Assembly: GCA_963708025.1 (NCBI GenBank)
Contig: CAVPSB010000018.1
Span: 32,001 to 96,000, forward strand
DNA from: an uncultured Candidatus Rokubacteria bacterium
GTDB lineage: Bacteria; Methylomirabilota; Methylomirabilia; Rokubacteriales; DASRDR01
DNA: 64,000 bases
Direction: 5' to 3'
Both the position numbers and the translations under genes were made by a program. A model generated the notes under the pieces. The model ran no database searches and was not told where the DNA came from. It worked only from the letters and a program-made list of their open reading frames with translations. The stretch's first letter is position 1. Each line of letters starts with the position of its first letter. Of the stretch, positions 62,562-64,000 are shown piece by piece.

Positions 62562-63337
62562 GGTCGCTCCTCGTAGGGGCCGATCGAGATCGGGCCCAGC
62601 TGCGTCCGGAACGTCAGGACCGGGACCACCTGGGACACTGCTTCCTCGGCGCAGAACGCGATGTCGGCCACCGAGTCCACGCGCCGCAGCACCTCGGCGG
62701 TGGCCGACTGCTCGAAGGCCTCGCGGATGCCGAGAAAGGCGGCCCGCGCAGAGCGGGCGATCCGGCCGGACTCCATCACGACAGGCTCGCGCCCGAGCGC
62801 CTTCGCCACGTCCTCGCCGTAGGTCAGGAGCGCCGCGGCGCAACACACGTCGTCGAGGGCGGGGATCCGGCAGGCCTCCCGGCCGGCGCAGACGAGGCTC
62901 AGGCTCCGCTCGAGCCGGGCGGCCAGCCGGACGGCCGCGTCCATGACTGCACCGGCGTTGCGCATGCAGCCCACCAGGACGTGCTCGACCCCCGTCTCCT
63001 GGAGAAGCTCGGCCGCGCGGGTGCCGTTGGCGGTGCAGAGGATCACCCGCTGACCCGCGACGTCGAGGTCCACGAGGCGCGCGGGCGACGGCCCGAGGTC
63101 GGCCTCCGCCAGCTTCATCCCCTGCGGGTCCTCGCCGCACACCAGGGCCGGCCCGAACCGGTCGCGAAGCCCGGCGATCCGGTCCCGGTCGGCGTGGCGG
63201 GCGAGCAGGATCTCCGGGCAGCCGCGCTCGAGCAGGGTCACGATCGTCGTGCTGGCCCGGATCACGTCGATCAGCACGGCCACCGGGGACGGTCGCCGCG
63301 TGGCCTCCGACGGCAGGAAGCAGACCTCGAACCGCAC
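62558..63337 (-). CDS. comB: 2-phosphosulfolactate phosphatase family
   Basis: VLIDVIRASTT, GE..G, PSP, T.NGT, MRNA, VCAG, DD.CA, D..FC. Confidence 0.88.
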   Translation of the reverse strand: MRFEVCFLPSEATRRPSPVAVLIDVIRASTTIVTLLERGCPEILLARHADRDRIAGLRDRFGPALVCGEDPQGMKLAEADLGPSPARLVDLDVAGQRVILCTANGTRAAELLQETGVEHVLVGCMRNAGAVMDAAVRLAARLERSLSLVCAGREACRIPALDDVCCAAALLTYGEDVAKALGREPVVMESGRIARSARAAFLGIREAFEQSATAEVLRRVDSVADIAFCAEEAVSQVVPVLTFRTQLGPISIGPYEERP

Positions 63338-63365
63338 GCGCGCGGCCTCTCCCTTCCGAGCGAAT

Positions 63366-63701
63366 CTAACGGCTGGCGGTTGAGCGGCCGCCACCCCGCT
63401 GACCGCGGCGAGGCGATCGGCGGCGGCTGCGATCAGCGGCGAGCCGCTCCAACCGCGTCTTTGACAGCAGCTTCAGGCCGAATCTCGTATCGGCGAGGTA
63501 GTCCGGCAACAGGTCCGGCCGTTGGACGTAGATTTCATCCTGAATCTCGAAGATGCTCCAGAGCGCTTGGCCGATCCGGTGCACGTTGCGTCGCGGTCGA
63601 AGGTTCGCATCCCGGATCTTCCCCGCGGTCCGGTCGAGAATCTTGGCAGCCCGATGCAGATCGCGATTGATCTCCTCCAAAGGCGGTGACAGCTTCCTCA
63701 T
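63366..63701 (-). CDS. Hypothetical helical protein
   Basis: 111 aa, IGQALWSIFEIQDEIYVQRPDLLP; lower GC than neighbours. Confidence 0.55.
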   Translation of the reverse strand: MRKLSPPLEEINRDLHRAAKILDRTAGKIRDANLRPRRNVHRIGQALWSIFEIQDEIYVQRPDLLPDYLADTRFGLKLLSKTRLERLAADRSRRRSPRRGQRGGGRSTASR

Positions 63702-63775
63702 CGCGACCTAGAGCACGCTTGGCGCGCACACATCGCATCCTCCGATTCTTCACGCGGTGGGACCGCTGCGGGGTG

Positions 63776-64000
63776 TCACCCGGCGGGGCGCCAGGGCGTG
63801 GCGTTGGCGGACGGGACGTCGCCCGGGTCGGCGCCGTGTGCGTGCATCGCGCGCTGGATGGCCTTCGGATCGACGTCGCGGACCCGGACGCCGGCCGACA
63901 GCGCGAGCACCGCGGCCAGACCGACCGCCTGCCCCTGCACCATGCAGGGCGGGATCTCGCGGGAGAGCTTCTGGGCCGACGGGTCGGCGGAGTAGTGACG
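63776..64000 (-). CDS. C-terminus of FAD-dependent oxidoreductase (starts beyond window)
   Basis: RHYSADPSAQKLSREIPPCMVQGQAVGLAA...RDVD...Q..M...GADPGD. Confidence 0.85.
   Translation of the reverse strand, partial: RHYSADPSAQKLSREIPPCMVQGQAVGLAAVLALSAGVRVRDVDPKAIQRAMHAHGADPGDVPSANATPWRPAG

Overview
Very GC-rich bacterial DNA; the gene families and repeats suggest Ca. Rokubacteria/Methylomirabilota (inference, not checked). The central structure is a tRNA-Val(TAC) locus present in three pieces: promoter plus 5' half at 3304-3381, one intact gene at 28584-28659, and a 3' half at 40300-40341. All three meet at the anticodon loop (TTACAAG) and bound two tandem islands. Island A (about 3382-28622) restores the promoter and 5' half of the tRNA. 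Its tyrosine integrase ORF ends inside the tRNA promoter (stop TAA = first three bases of the -10 box), and a 24-bp arm-type repeat marks both island ends. It appears to be two sibling hicBA...int elements in tandem, with a satellite-like xis/primase-helicase core, three IS91-like oriIS ends inserted at GTTC, about 25 fused gene fragments and a few intact cargo genes (NRPS-like A-T protein, sugar nucleotidyltransferase/kinase/GT2, DUF433-DUF5615 TA pair). Island B (about 28616-40341) has no visible integrase and carries two P-type ATPases and an SHP-DHC-cytochrome b operon with a QseBC/PmrAB-like two-component system. The flanks are ordinary metabolic and transport genes (TRAP, ABC, pdxY, ggt, amidase, udp, comB) with a family of G/C-rich palindromic intergenic repeats. 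Many single-base frameshifts probably reflect sequencing error. No CRISPR array or rRNA was seen. All family calls come from motif recognition, not database searches.
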